From the NCBI GenBank assembly GCA_963717515.1, contig OY970338.1, positions 670,882 through 734,881 of the forward strand: DNA of 64,000 nucleotides, given 5' to 3'. A program made the translations under genes and the position numbers. The notes beneath the pieces were generated by a model. It did not search any database, had not been told where the DNA came from, and saw only the letters and a list, made by a program, of their open reading frames with translations. Shown in pieces: positions 46,986 through 57,113 of the stretch (within the stretch, counting starts at the first letter, position 1; each line of letters begins with the position of its first letter). Source of the stretch: an uncultured Candidatus Woesearchaeota archaeon (GTDB lineage: Archaea; Nanobdellota; Nanobdellia; Woesearchaeales; DSVV01).

Positions 46986-48434
46986 TTAGAGAGTTTTTAA
47001 CTGATAACATCTATTAAAGACTCTCCTAACGATTTCCTTGCTCATTCCGATGTATTTCAATGGGTCTGTAATCTCAATTATCGTCCTGTCATCCAACCTG
47101 GAAGTCACATTCTCATTATTCAGCAGCACCTCGGCAAACTGTATCTTGTTCTTCCAGGCGCATGTTGCTAACTCTCCCATGAGATCATGGGCCTCGTCAC
47201 GTGTCATGGGATTGGCAACGTGATGGGGGCTTGTGAGGTATGTCATGACGACTTGAGAAGTCGGGCATCCATAGCTCCTTTGGACCCTCTCTACTGACCT
47301 TTCGCTGTTCAATCCAAGCCAGTATATAGTATTTGCCAGCCTCCTTATGGCATGGTCAGTGTACTTGAACCCGTCCTCGAGATTGATCCGGGCATTAGAG
47401 CTAGCGGCAAGATTCCTCGCATATGGCATCTCGCAGTTCATCATGGCAGTCACGAGATTGCCAGTGTTGTAATTGCGCATGGACATATTCTGCTCTTCCA
47501 CAGTAGGGTTGCCGTTCTTTGCATCCTTGTGCGGCATGGCTGAGGAGCCTTTCTTTTTTTTCAGGCTGGAATTGAAGAAGATGTTTACATCATCGCTCCT
47601 GCCCCAAGCGACGTATTTCGCGATATTGTTCACTGTCTCGCCGGTCCTTGCAAGGACGTAGAAGACATCGGCCTCGAACTCAAGTCCGGGTATCTGTGCT
47701 GGTGCATCCATATGATTCAAGCCCAATTTTTTGCAGAATATTTCCTGGATGAGCATTCCATCAATGCCCATGGAAGTGGCAGAATGATGGTTGCCTGTCG
47801 CATCAGCCCATTTCCCCATTATTGAATTGTCATATACATATTTCAGGATATTCAGGTTTGATTGAAGCATCTCTGCATAATGGGAAAGGGGTCTGCCCGC
47901 AACTGTCGGCAGCGCGTCATACAGATGTGAAACATCCATGTGCGGAACATCAATCCATTTCATTGATTTTTCCAAAACAATGTCCCTTAGGTTCTCGACC
48001 GAACCCGCAATTATCTCAAGTGATGCCTTTATCTGGAGACCTTTTGCAGGCTGGCTTGTGTCAGCGCTGGTCTTGAACTTGTTTATGTGCGAGGCAGCTT
48101 CCTTACTGATAACCTCGCTGAGAGCAGTGTTAATGGCGATGATGTCATGCCCGGTCTTCTCTTCAAGCTCCCTAATTCTTTCAGGGTTGACAATCTTAAG
48201 ATTCGCCCTGGAGACTATATGGTCTGCCAGGCCTGGCTGTACCTCTTCAGGAGCGATTTCAGACAAGGTCCAGGCTGACTGTCCCTGTACAAACAATGAA
48301 TACTCGAATGTCTTTTCAGCGCCCCATACCTGGATTGTCTCATATGTACCATATCGACCTGCTGCTAGGTCAGCCGGGTCAAATTTCATGCCCTCAGGCT
48401 TGAGAGGTCTTGGTTGAGTTTCTGTCATTTCCAC
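46986..48434 (-). CDS. purB: Adenylosuccinate lyase
   Basis: 482 aa. Fumarate-lyase signature region GSSAMPHKDAKNGNP. Confidence 0.85.
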   Translation of the reverse strand: MEMTETQPRPLKPEGMKFDPADLAAGRYGTYETIQVWGAEKTFEYSLFVQGQSAWTLSEIAPEEVQPGLADHIVSRANLKIVNPERIRELEEKTGHDIIAINTALSEVISKEAASHINKFKTSADTSQPAKGLQIKASLEIIAGSVENLRDIVLEKSMKWIDVPHMDVSHLYDALPTVAGRPLSHYAEMLQSNLNILKYVYDNSIMGKWADATGNHHSATSMGIDGMLIQEIFCKKLGLNHMDAPAQIPGLEFEADVFYVLARTGETVNNIAKYVAWGRSDDVNIFFNSSLKKKKGSSAMPHKDAKNGNPTVEEQNMSMRNYNTGNLVTAMMNCEMPYARNLAASSNARINLEDGFKYTDHAIRRLANTIYWLGLNSERSVERVQRSYGCPTSQVVMTYLTSPHHVANPMTRDEAHDLMGELATCAWKNKIQFAEVLLNNENVTSRLDDRTIIEITDPLKYIGMSKEIVRRVFNRCYQLKTL

Positions 48435-49712
48435 TTAAACCTGTCTCACTATCCTGCTTGCATAGGGCACAAAATCATTGACCCATATGCTGACTGGCTT
48501 TGCAGGGAAGATGTCTTTTCCAAGTGCCCTGTTGGCTACCTCTGCAATGGCATAGCTCATCAGGTCACATGAATAGTCAGTCACTGCCTGCAGGTCGATT
48601 TTCCTGTCTTTGATTATCTGCGGAAAGTAATTTCTCCATTGTCCGACATCTCCTTTCTGCAGGGCATTATGCTTCGCCTCTTCAATGGCTGAATAGACCC
48701 CTTCCTTCCTGTAGATCGCCCTCTGGATCTCCTTGTTTGACGGTATGGCTAGCTCCTTCCCTTTCACCTTGTTGATTATCATCAGCCTGTTCTCATCCGC
48801 CGTGCATAGAAAATCAGTCACGACTGGCATGCCCCTGTATGCGACAATCTCAGCCTTGCCGTCGATATTGAGGATGTTCCTCTCATTGCAGTAGTCTATC
48901 TGCGCCTGGACAATCTTCGGGAACATGTCCTGTGTCCAGAGGCCGTAGCCTTCACCAGAAAGGCCGCTGAGCTCTTTTTCCTCTTCCTTTGTTATGTCCC
49001 TGTCCCCTGCCTTCTCGAACTTGGTTGTGCTGTCATAGACGAACTTCTTCAGGACAAACCCTGGATTGGGGATTGTGCTGTCGAGCCCTGAGTCAGCAAG
49101 CAATTTTTCGAGACCCGGAAAATTCGCGAGCCCTTCCTTGGATACCAAAGCCCTAATCCTGTCCAGGCCTGCGACTGTCTCATCATATGTGGCAAGTTTC
49201 TCGTAATAATCACCCATCCCTGCTGACTTGAATATCTTCTTGTATGTCGACGAGCCTAGAGGAAATCCGTTCCTGAATATGGACTCTACATCAGCCACGC
49301 AGCACTGAAGTTGTCCTGACTTCATCGCCTCCCTGTAGACTTTCAGGTTGCCGAGGGAGTAAGACTCTGGCACATGGGCAAGCTTCATCACTATGATGTC
49401 AGTTTTTTCTCCTTTACGCATGATATAATCGAGATCAGTTATCGCATTCCTGTTCTTGTCGAACACCCCGATATAGCAGGTAGGTATCTCCGGATGCCTT
49501 TCTGCAAGGTACTCAAAAAAATCAGCTGTCATCATGGTCAGGGCCTCTGCCTTGCCCTTTATCTCGCTTTCAGGTATCTGCTCCTTGAGGTCGCCCACAG
49601 AGAAAGTGCCCTTGACCTGCCATGCTCCCTGGCCGAAATCGAAATCCGTCTGCGGCATATAGACCTCGGCCGCCGGATGCCCTGACAATATAAGATCCTT
49701 TACGCTTCCCAT
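48435..49712 (-). CDS. purC: SAICAR-synthetase-like protein, unusually long (425 aa)
   Basis: GSVKDL start. FSVGD..IKGKAEALTMMTADFFEYL parallels SAFD..IPGKG..L..IS..WF. ILNIDGKAEIV..VVTDFLCTADENRL parallels E. coli LILVDFKLEFG..VLGDEFSPDGSRL. Sits in the purine operon. Confidence 0.6.
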   Translation of the reverse strand: MGSVKDLILSGHPAAEVYMPQTDFDFGQGAWQVKGTFSVGDLKEQIPESEIKGKAEALTMMTADFFEYLAERHPEIPTCYIGVFDKNRNAITDLDYIMRKGEKTDIIVMKLAHVPESYSLGNLKVYREAMKSGQLQCCVADVESIFRNGFPLGSSTYKKIFKSAGMGDYYEKLATYDETVAGLDRIRALVSKEGLANFPGLEKLLADSGLDSTIPNPGFVLKKFVYDSTTKFEKAGDRDITKEEEKELSGLSGEGYGLWTQDMFPKIVQAQIDYCNERNILNIDGKAEIVAYRGMPVVTDFLCTADENRLMIINKVKGKELAIPSNKEIQRAIYRKEGVYSAIEEAKHNALQKGDVGQWRNYFPQIIKDRKIDLQAVTDYSCDLMSYAIAEVANRALGKDIFPAKPVSIWVNDFVPYASRIVRQV

Positions 49713-49733
49713 TTTCTATCCCTCCTTAATCAA

Positions 49734-51224
49734 TCACATGAATATGTTCTGGCTCCTCTCCGGACCCACTCCGACTATCCTGATTTCCGCTCCTGTCATC
49801 TTTACTATGTAATCGAGGGTCTTCTTTGCATTCAGCGGAAGGTCTGTCCGATCCCTTATCCAGGTCGTATCAGTCATCCATCCCTCAAGCACTTCATAGA
49901 CAGGCCTGCAGCTGCTCAGTATCTCGGTCTTCATGTTCGCCACGTCGATACGCTCCCCGTCCTTAAGTACCTTGTTTCCAAGATTGTATTCAGGTCCGGT
50001 GTAGATATAGTGGTCGCATATCTCTATATTCTCGCATTCATCCAGGACATCGAACTTGCTGATGATTATATTTTCCCTGTTTATCGTCATGGCATGCCTC
50101 AACAATGGCAGGTCAAGCCTTCCGGTCCTCCTTGACCTGTTGGTCGTCGCGCCGAACTCATCGCCCTTGTATCGTATCGCAACACCTCGTTCAAATTCAT
50201 CGCCGCTGTTGACAGAAGGATTATCATACTCGTCCTTCTCATTGAACCTGTTATGCTTGTCGCACCATCTTGCGGATTCCGCCCCACCGTACTCAGTCGG
50301 GAACGGGCCTTCGCCAACCCTTGTCATATAAGCCTTGACTATCCCCAATACAAGGTCGACATCATCATCATTCAGTCCGACGCCTTTGGCAAGTCCCCTG
50401 ATTGTCGGGTCTGAAGAGGTCACGAACGGGACGCTGCCGTAATCATTCCCGAGAAGGAGGCCCTGAGCGCCTTCCAAAAGTATCCTCTTCTTTCCAAGAG
50501 ACTGCTGAATGAACTTATCTGTATCTGTGATCATATGCCTGAGCTCCTTGCCATATCCTGCATAAGTCTCGACAATTGCATCCACATCAAAGAAATTCCT
50601 TGGATCGTAGAACCTCCCGTTCAGGAGGTGTTCATGGTGCATCACTTCCTTGACCTTTTCAGGTTTCATGAACCGCAGAAGCTTGACCTTGTCAGCCAGG
50701 TTCTTCTTCAGGTTCCTGCTGAAAACATCCTTGTTGAGCATGTCATTGAATTCGAGACCTATCCTCTGCGCATGGTCTGTGTACACAGGACCGATGCCCC
50801 TGCCGGTGGTCCCTATCTTCGTCTCGCCAAGCTCGCTTTCCTTGCACCTGTCCATTACAAGATGCTGGGGCAGGACAAGCTTTCCGTTCTGGGCAATCAT
50901 CAGATTATCATAGCTGACGCCCCTCTTGTCAAGCTCAGCCAGTTCTTCAAGGATAATCCTCGGGTCCAGGGCCATGCCGTTGCCGAGGACATTGACCTTC
51001 CCGTCTTTGTCATGCAGGATGCCTGAAGGGATGAGGTGCATTATCAGGGATTCTTCCAGCACCTTCATCGTATGCCCTGCATTCGCACCCCCTGTGCCCC
51101 TTGCAATGATGTCTGCCCAGACAGATGCGAACAGGTCGACGAACTTGCCTTTGCCTGTGTCCCCCCACTGGTTGCAGACCACGGCGATAGTATACAGGTC
51201 ATTGATTTCTTCTATTAGAGCCAT
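49734..51224 (-). CDS. purA: Adenylosuccinate synthetase (long form, 496 aa)
   Basis: QWGDTGKGKFVD, GGANAGHT, GTTGRGIGP and EFGATTNRSRRTG. Confidence 0.9.
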   Translation of the reverse strand: MALIEEINDLYTIAVVCNQWGDTGKGKFVDLFASVWADIIARGTGGANAGHTMKVLEESLIMHLIPSGILHDKDGKVNVLGNGMALDPRIILEELAELDKRGVSYDNLMIAQNGKLVLPQHLVMDRCKESELGETKIGTTGRGIGPVYTDHAQRIGLEFNDMLNKDVFSRNLKKNLADKVKLLRFMKPEKVKEVMHHEHLLNGRFYDPRNFFDVDAIVETYAGYGKELRHMITDTDKFIQQSLGKKRILLEGAQGLLLGNDYGSVPFVTSSDPTIRGLAKGVGLNDDDVDLVLGIVKAYMTRVGEGPFPTEYGGAESARWCDKHNRFNEKDEYDNPSVNSGDEFERGVAIRYKGDEFGATTNRSRRTGRLDLPLLRHAMTINRENIIISKFDVLDECENIEICDHYIYTGPEYNLGNKVLKDGERIDVANMKTEILSSCRPVYEVLEGWMTDTTWIRDRTDLPLNAKKTLDYIVKMTGAEIRIVGVGPERSQNIFM

Positions 51225-51225
51225 C

Positions 51226-52176
51226 CTAATACCTCACCATCTCGCCATTCTTGAAAACTCCGTATCTGTTCCTCACACCGTCCCTGATGATATCGCTTGC
51301 AACATTCTCAAGATATTCTCTCTTTTCCTTCTTCTTTCTATTGATGATGTTCAAAGACTTCACATTCCCCTGCAGTATTCCTGCGACCTGTGCAGCGTTG
51401 CTGTATCCACCGATATTGACGATTCCGGTGGAATATATACCATCCAGACATTCCATGTAGCAGTCAAACCTCTTGACCATGTCCTTCTCCCTGACACCAA
51501 CCTGTATCCCGTTGCCTTTGCCGAGCCTTTTATCGACACGTCTCAGGATGTTCGATTCCAGCTTGCTCACAGGCATTGTTTCATTGTAGTGTTTGAATAC
51601 GGTTATGACAATATTATCTTTCCTGACTGAATTGATTCCAGCGACTCTATACCCTATCCTGAAATTATCAAGCTGTTCTGCAACCTTATCTATCGATTTC
51701 TCATCAACTTCATAATTGATCCTTCCGGCGTTCGAAAGGACCAATACATTCCCTCCATCAAGAGAATGATATCTCTTGGAGATGTTCAGGGCTGCATAGG
51801 TGTTGTTGATGCCGACTGTAAGCACTGGGTTGAGCGGAGGCTTCTCTGATGTCGACAGCAGCGAGCTCAAGCCACCTGTCGTAGAATCAGAGATTGGTAT
51901 CCCTATTATCAGGTCATCAAATTCGGCCTTTGCCTTCATGACGCCTGTAAGGACATTGCTCATGCCCGCTCCTGACATGAATACATCAGTTTTCTCACTG
52001 ACCAAAAAATTGAATATATGATCGACCTTTTCCGGCGTGTTGTCTGCGGAGCCGAAATGGACGATAATGCTCTCTTCCGGGTGCTCGATGGAATACCTGA
52101 CCACTCCCGGGTACACCTTGTCCTTGTCGCTGTCCGAGCCGAATGTGATGTTTTGTATCATTATTTCATCCCCCAA
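51226..52176 (-). CDS. Two-module PurE-fold protein lacking the canonical SAHR/AAHLPG histidines
   Basis: ITFGSDSD, GSADNTPEKV, SGAGMSNVLTGVM and LIIGIPI align to E. coli PurE IVMGSKSD, VSAHRTPDKL, AGAGGAAHLPGMI and PVLGVPV. The second half repeats the pattern weakly (IGGYSNAAQVAGIL). Confidence 0.6.
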   Translation of the reverse strand: MGDEIMIQNITFGSDSDKDKVYPGVVRYSIEHPEESIIVHFGSADNTPEKVDHIFNFLVSEKTDVFMSGAGMSNVLTGVMKAKAEFDDLIIGIPISDSTTGGLSSLLSTSEKPPLNPVLTVGINNTYAALNISKRYHSLDGGNVLVLSNAGRINYEVDEKSIDKVAEQLDNFRIGYRVAGINSVRKDNIVITVFKHYNETMPVSKLESNILRRVDKRLGKGNGIQVGVREKDMVKRFDCYMECLDGIYSTGIVNIGGYSNAAQVAGILQGNVKSLNIINRKKKEKREYLENVASDIIRDGVRNRYGVFKNGEMVRY

Positions 52177-52181
52177 TATTC

Positions 52182-53093
52182 TTATCTTTCCAGCTGATAC
52201 CCGCCGTATGGCATCTTCTTATCGTCTATGTATATGTCCCTCAGGCCTAACTCATTCAGCCGCGTGCCTATCTTCACCCTGCCCTGGGCAATCATACGGA
52301 CTGACTTAACATAAGTCGGCCAGTCGCAGATCTCTTTCTGCCTGTCCTGGTGCTCGCCGCAGAATTTCTCGAATTCATCATATAACTGCGGAAATGATTG
52401 CCTGATTGCATCCAGTGTCCTGTCCAGGCTCATGTTCATCCTGAGACCGTCTTTTGTCAAAGCCAGGATAGGTCTGAATCTGTCCTCCAATCCGACCTTA
52501 CAGGGCCCTGATGTCCCGATTATCTCACCGCCGTCCATCTTTTTTGTTACGATGTGCACAGTCGAATAGGTCTCTGTCTCGCCGTTGGCGATCGCCTTCA
52601 TGACAGCATTGTCGCCGACATACAGCCTCTCATTATTTTCATCAAGCTTGTCAAGCCTTGCAGGATGCACATTGATTATCCTGTCAGGAAAAGCATTGAG
52701 CAGCGGGTCCCTCACGTATCTCATGTACCCTGTCAAAAGAAGCATGTCAATCGGAAAACCTTGCTGCTCTGAGAAATCCTTGAGCCTCTTTATGGCAATC
52801 TCTTCGTATTCCTCGCATTTTTTGACATAATCCTCAAGAGCCTTCTCTCCTTTTGCCTCTGCATCGCTGAATCTCCCGCAGAATTTCACCCCGCTCTCAT
52901 AGATGACAGGTATCTCATGCTTTTCGGCCCTTTCCTTGGCTCCGCAGAGCTTGTCGACGAATACTGCCCTTATCCATGTATTCTTGACATGCTGGTAGAT
53001 CGCCTCGAAATTCGTCCCGCTTGTCGAGGCGAATGCGATTGCGTTCATCAAGCCGCCGGAGGGCGTGTATAATGGTTTCAATGTGTCCTGCAT
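52182..53093 (-). CDS. GAR-formyltransferase-like protein (PurN-like) with a C-terminal extension
   Basis: AFASTSGTNFEAI and INVHPARL. Start at 53093 is preceded by GGTGATATT. Confidence 0.6.
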   Translation of the reverse strand: MQDTLKPLYTPSGGLMNAIAFASTSGTNFEAIYQHVKNTWIRAVFVDKLCGAKERAEKHEIPVIYESGVKFCGRFSDAEAKGEKALEDYVKKCEEYEEIAIKRLKDFSEQQGFPIDMLLLTGYMRYVRDPLLNAFPDRIINVHPARLDKLDENNERLYVGDNAVMKAIANGETETYSTVHIVTKKMDGGEIIGTSGPCKVGLEDRFRPILALTKDGLRMNMSLDRTLDAIRQSFPQLYDEFEKFCGEHQDRQKEICDWPTYVKSVRMIAQGRVKIGTRLNELGLRDIYIDDKKMPYGGYQLER

Positions 53094-53097
53094 AATA

Positions 53098-53922
53098 TCA
53101 CCTGAAATACTCAACTGCGTTCTCAAAAATCTTGAGGCCGAGGGGAGGCATCAGCTCCTCGACTCTCCTGCCTTGTTTATCAGCCATATATCTAAACCTA
53201 GTGAATTGGGGATGATTTACCACATGATTGAAAGCCTCTGGATGCGGCATGAGGCCGAATATCCTGCCTGACCCATCGCAGACACCTGCAATGTCATGAA
53301 GCGAGCCATTCGGGTTTGCCGAATAAGCGCCGCCTGCAAGCACCCTCGAGTCAGTCCTCGCATACATCATAACATGCTGGTCATCTGCCATAAGCCTCTC
53401 GAGGGTCTCCTGCTCTGCATAGAATTTACCCTCTCCGTGCCTTATGGGAAGCTCCAAGTATTCCAGTCCCCGGGTAAAGACGCAGTCGGAATCCTGGTTT
53501 ATCCTGAGCCCGACCCACTGGTCCCGGAAATTCCCGCAGTCATTGTATGTCAGTGCGACACTCTGCGTATTGTAATCACCGTCGAAACCAGGGACAAGCG
53601 CCATATTGACCAGAGTCTGAAAACCATTGCAGATGCCGAGTACGAGTTTGTCTGAATCAATAAATTTTGGAAGTTCATCCCCGAGCTTCCTCTTGGTCCT
53701 CCTGCCCTGGATATGGCCTGCACCGTGATCATCACCCCATGAGAATCCGCCGCCGAAGACAAGAATCTGGTAATCGTGGATCATCCGGATATTTTCATAT
53801 ATCTGATTCAGGTGTATCCTCTCTGCCTTCGCCCCGGACATATCCAGGCTATGAGCTGTCTCTATGTCGCAGTTCAAGCCAAAACCAGTCATTACAAGTG
53901 CCCTGATATTATTTGCCTTCAT
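53098..53922 (-). CDS. purQ: FGAM synthase glutaminase subunit
   Basis: GICNGFQ (nucleophile Cys) and GLMPHPE. Confidence 0.85.
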   Translation of the reverse strand: MKANNIRALVMTGFGLNCDIETAHSLDMSGAKAERIHLNQIYENIRMIHDYQILVFGGGFSWGDDHGAGHIQGRRTKRKLGDELPKFIDSDKLVLGICNGFQTLVNMALVPGFDGDYNTQSVALTYNDCGNFRDQWVGLRINQDSDCVFTRGLEYLELPIRHGEGKFYAEQETLERLMADDQHVMMYARTDSRVLAGGAYSANPNGSLHDIAGVCDGSGRIFGLMPHPEAFNHVVNHPQFTRFRYMADKQGRRVEELMPPLGLKIFENAVEYFR

Positions 53923-53926
53923 CTTC

Positions 53927-56900
53927 TCAGTTATTTACAACGTACCCCATGTCCTTGAAAGGCGCTTTCCACACCTTCTTGAGTTTCATTATGTCATGAT
54001 CTATTATCCTGATTGGTCTTTTCATGCCATCCTTCTCAACTTCATTTATGCTGATTACGTTCACTTCGCTCGTTTCATTGAATTTCCCGATGTATCTCGC
54101 ACGCCTGCCCATCATCTCCTCAAACCGGTCTTTCATCTCCGGCATCACCTCGACAAGGAACCTGCCTGTCGATTCCGAATACATGACCTGCTCGTCAAGC
54201 CAGCATCCTTCTGCACCCACATTCCTGAGGTCGATGTCAAAGCCCATGTTGCCTCCACCAGCCATGAATATCAGGCTTTTCATGAAGCCCGCCTTCTGGT
54301 CGACTGCCTTTATGCTTGCTGTATATCCCATGTCACGGGCTTTTGCAAGCTTCCTGTAATACTTCATGTTCTCTTCCATGTCTGTCTTCGGGACATTGAG
54401 CCCTGTCTCGCCCAGCAGGCTGTATAATTCCCCGCCGCCAAGCTCATTCTTCGTATCGCCTATGATGTATATCAGGTTGCCTGCCTCCTTGGCATCTGAA
54501 GTGACGCATTTGGTCACGTCTTTGACAATGGATGTCAATGAGAACTGCATTGTCGGAAGTCCTGAGACCTTCTTCTTGACACCTGATTCGATATGTTCAG
54601 GATGACCGTCGACATACATGCTGTCCTTGCCTGAAAGCAGGGGAATGCCATATGCAAGGCATGCGTCCCTCAAAGCTTCACAGGACCTGACAAGCTGCGC
54701 AGCCTTGAACTTCCCGTCCGGGTTCTTGACAGGGTGGTACTCGACAGTCGGCCAGCAGAAATTGTCTACACCACCTATTTGGTCGATATCTGCTCCTACT
54801 GCGATGAGTTTCCTCACAGCCTCATCTATTGTAGCTGTTGTCATGTGATAGGTATCAATCCGGGAATATTCAGGATTAAGACTCTGGGTGAATGCAATCC
54901 CTCTATCTGAAGTCAGCACTGGCCTGATGACAGCTGCATCACTTGGCATATCTCCAGGCACGCCATCCTCTCCCCTGCCGATCAACGGCCCTATGACTTT
55001 TGTTCCCTGCACTTCGTGGTCATACTGCCTTGATATGAATTCCTTTGATGCTATATTGGGCTTGCTGAGCATCTTTTCAAGAAGCTTGTTCTGGTCTTTT
55101 GTCGAGGACAGCACCGGCTCGTGCAGCCCCCTTAACTCTGGCGGTGTCCATTCAGCGTCGAATTTCCATTGAGGAAAGCCGCTCTCCAAAAAATCCATGT
55201 CCATGTACGCGCATGGCTTGCCGGCATATGTAATGTGGAGCTTGCCCGTATCCCTGTATGTGCCTATTACAGTGCTCTCGACAGCATGTAACTTTGACAA
55301 GTCCATGAAACGAGTGAGGTCTTCTGGTCTTATCGCGACAGTCATGCGTTCCTGTGATTCCGATATCCATATCTCCCACTGGTCGAGGCCCGAGTATTTC
55401 AAGGGCACTTTCTCAAGCTCGACGTCGCAGCCGTTGCTGAACCTTGCCGACTCCCCTATTGAAGACGACAATCCCCCTCCGCCATTGTCAGTGATGAACT
55501 GGATGAGGCCCTCATCCCTTGCCTCAAGCAGGAAATCATGCATCTTCTTCTGGGTATAAGGGTCGCCTATCTGCACGTGGCCAGCGGGCGTCCCTTCATG
55601 GAGAACTTCAGATGATGCAGTAACCCCGTGAACTCCGTCTTTTCCGACCCTTCCTCCGCACATGATTGTGAGGTATCCAGGCTCAATATCCTTCTTTTCA
55701 GCAGGCTCTCCATCTATCTCAGCAGGCATGAGTCCCATTGCTGTCACGAAGACAAGGAACTTGCCTAAATAATTGTCATTGAACAGCAATTGCCCGTATG
55801 TCGTAGGAACACCGCTCTTGTTGCCTCCGTCTCTCACGCCGAGGACAATCCCGTCCAGTCCCTGCCTGGGGTGCAGCTTTGGTTGGAATTTATGTTTTTT
55901 CAAGATGTCCGCCATGCAAAATCCATAACCGCCCATGATAAGTCTTGAGCCCTTGCCTGTCCCGAGAGGGTCCCTGTATACGCCGACAATCCCTGTTATC
56001 GCTCCCCCATATGCTTCCATGTTAGAGGGGCTGTTGTGGGTCTCTCCTGTGATGACATAGTAAAAATTCTCATCGAACCTGGCGACGCCTGCATTGTCCC
56101 AGAGCACGGATATGACATAATCACGCTCCTGCTTGAGATGCAATGTCGGTGCTTCGATGCAGGTCTTGAACAGGTTGTCGATGACCCGGGCCTCGCCTGT
56201 AGCCAGGTCCCTGTACCTGAAAAGCCCCCTGAAAGTATTGTGATTGCAGTGGTCGCTCCTCCCCTGTGAGATATATTCAAGCTCGACATCAGTGGGATCC
56301 CTGAGACCAACTCTCTCTCTTGCCGCTATCACTTTCGGGTCCAGGAAATACTTCCTTATTATCGGGATGTCCCTTGGGTTGAGAGCAAGGCTTCTCCTGT
56401 CGCTCTCTTCCTTCAATAACTGGTCTGTGAGATTCTCGAGCGGTATCGTATCCAACCGGGGCTCATGATCAAGAGTCACCCTCGGCCTGTGCACACCGAT
56501 TCCTATACCATCATCCCAATCACTGTTCCCAATTATCTTGAATTCCTGGATAATATCATTTGACAGCTTTCCAGCGACCTTGATAATATCTGCCTCTGAC
56601 AGACCTTTGCCTATTATTGCATATATGTGGGAGTAATATATCTCTGTCCCTTCCGCTTCCTTTCCAAGCAGGTCAGACATCTCTTCAAGGGCTGTTGCAG
56701 CCTCATTGTCCCTGACACCAGGCTTCTTTGCAATATGCACTATCCAATCAGCTTCGTCTTTTCTTATCAAAGGATCATAAGATGATATTATGGTGACAGG
56801 ATTGGTTATTTCAGCCCGAAACCTTTCCAACTGCTCCTCTGTCAATTCTCCTATCAAAGAAATATTGTTTGATCTCCTGACATATTCAAGCTCGATCCCG

Positions 56901-56995
56901 ATATTTCTTGCTTTTTTTCTTACATGCTCTCCGTCAGGATCAAAAAGCCCGCGCTTGAGCGCTATCTCAAGATTCGCATGAACCACTTTACTCAC
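53927..56995 (-). CDS. purL: FGAM synthase PurL fused to two N-terminal PurS-like modules
   Basis: 1022 aa. N-terminus ANLEIALKRGLFDPDGEHVRKKARNIGI is PurS-like, with a second module IVHIAKKPGVRDNEAATALEE. The PurL core follows (SDHCNHNTF, GETHNSP, DNGGGGLSS). Confidence 0.85.
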   Translation of the reverse strand: MSKVVHANLEIALKRGLFDPDGEHVRKKARNIGIELEYVRRSNNISLIGELTEEQLERFRAEITNPVTIISSYDPLIRKDEADWIVHIAKKPGVRDNEAATALEEMSDLLGKEAEGTEIYYSHIYAIIGKGLSEADIIKVAGKLSNDIIQEFKIIGNSDWDDGIGIGVHRPRVTLDHEPRLDTIPLENLTDQLLKEESDRRSLALNPRDIPIIRKYFLDPKVIAARERVGLRDPTDVELEYISQGRSDHCNHNTFRGLFRYRDLATGEARVIDNLFKTCIEAPTLHLKQERDYVISVLWDNAGVARFDENFYYVITGETHNSPSNMEAYGGAITGIVGVYRDPLGTGKGSRLIMGGYGFCMADILKKHKFQPKLHPRQGLDGIVLGVRDGGNKSGVPTTYGQLLFNDNYLGKFLVFVTAMGLMPAEIDGEPAEKKDIEPGYLTIMCGGRVGKDGVHGVTASSEVLHEGTPAGHVQIGDPYTQKKMHDFLLEARDEGLIQFITDNGGGGLSSSIGESARFSNGCDVELEKVPLKYSGLDQWEIWISESQERMTVAIRPEDLTRFMDLSKLHAVESTVIGTYRDTGKLHITYAGKPCAYMDMDFLESGFPQWKFDAEWTPPELRGLHEPVLSSTKDQNKLLEKMLSKPNIASKEFISRQYDHEVQGTKVIGPLIGRGEDGVPGDMPSDAAVIRPVLTSDRGIAFTQSLNPEYSRIDTYHMTTATIDEAVRKLIAVGADIDQIGGVDNFCWPTVEYHPVKNPDGKFKAAQLVRSCEALRDACLAYGIPLLSGKDSMYVDGHPEHIESGVKKKVSGLPTMQFSLTSIVKDVTKCVTSDAKEAGNLIYIIGDTKNELGGGELYSLLGETGLNVPKTDMEENMKYYRKLAKARDMGYTASIKAVDQKAGFMKSLIFMAGGGNMGFDIDLRNVGAEGCWLDEQVMYSESTGRFLVEVMPEMKDRFEEMMGRRARYIGKFNETSEVNVISINEVEKDGMKRPIRIIDHDIMKLKKVWKAPFKDMGYVVNN

Positions 56996-57113
56996 TATCG
57001 AACCACCCCATCCGGAAAATGCAAACAGACATAGAATATAAAAACTTTTCTATTCCAGAATGGTGACAGGAATCTTCCTGATATCTCCGATATGGGCAGG
57101 ATTTTTCATATCC

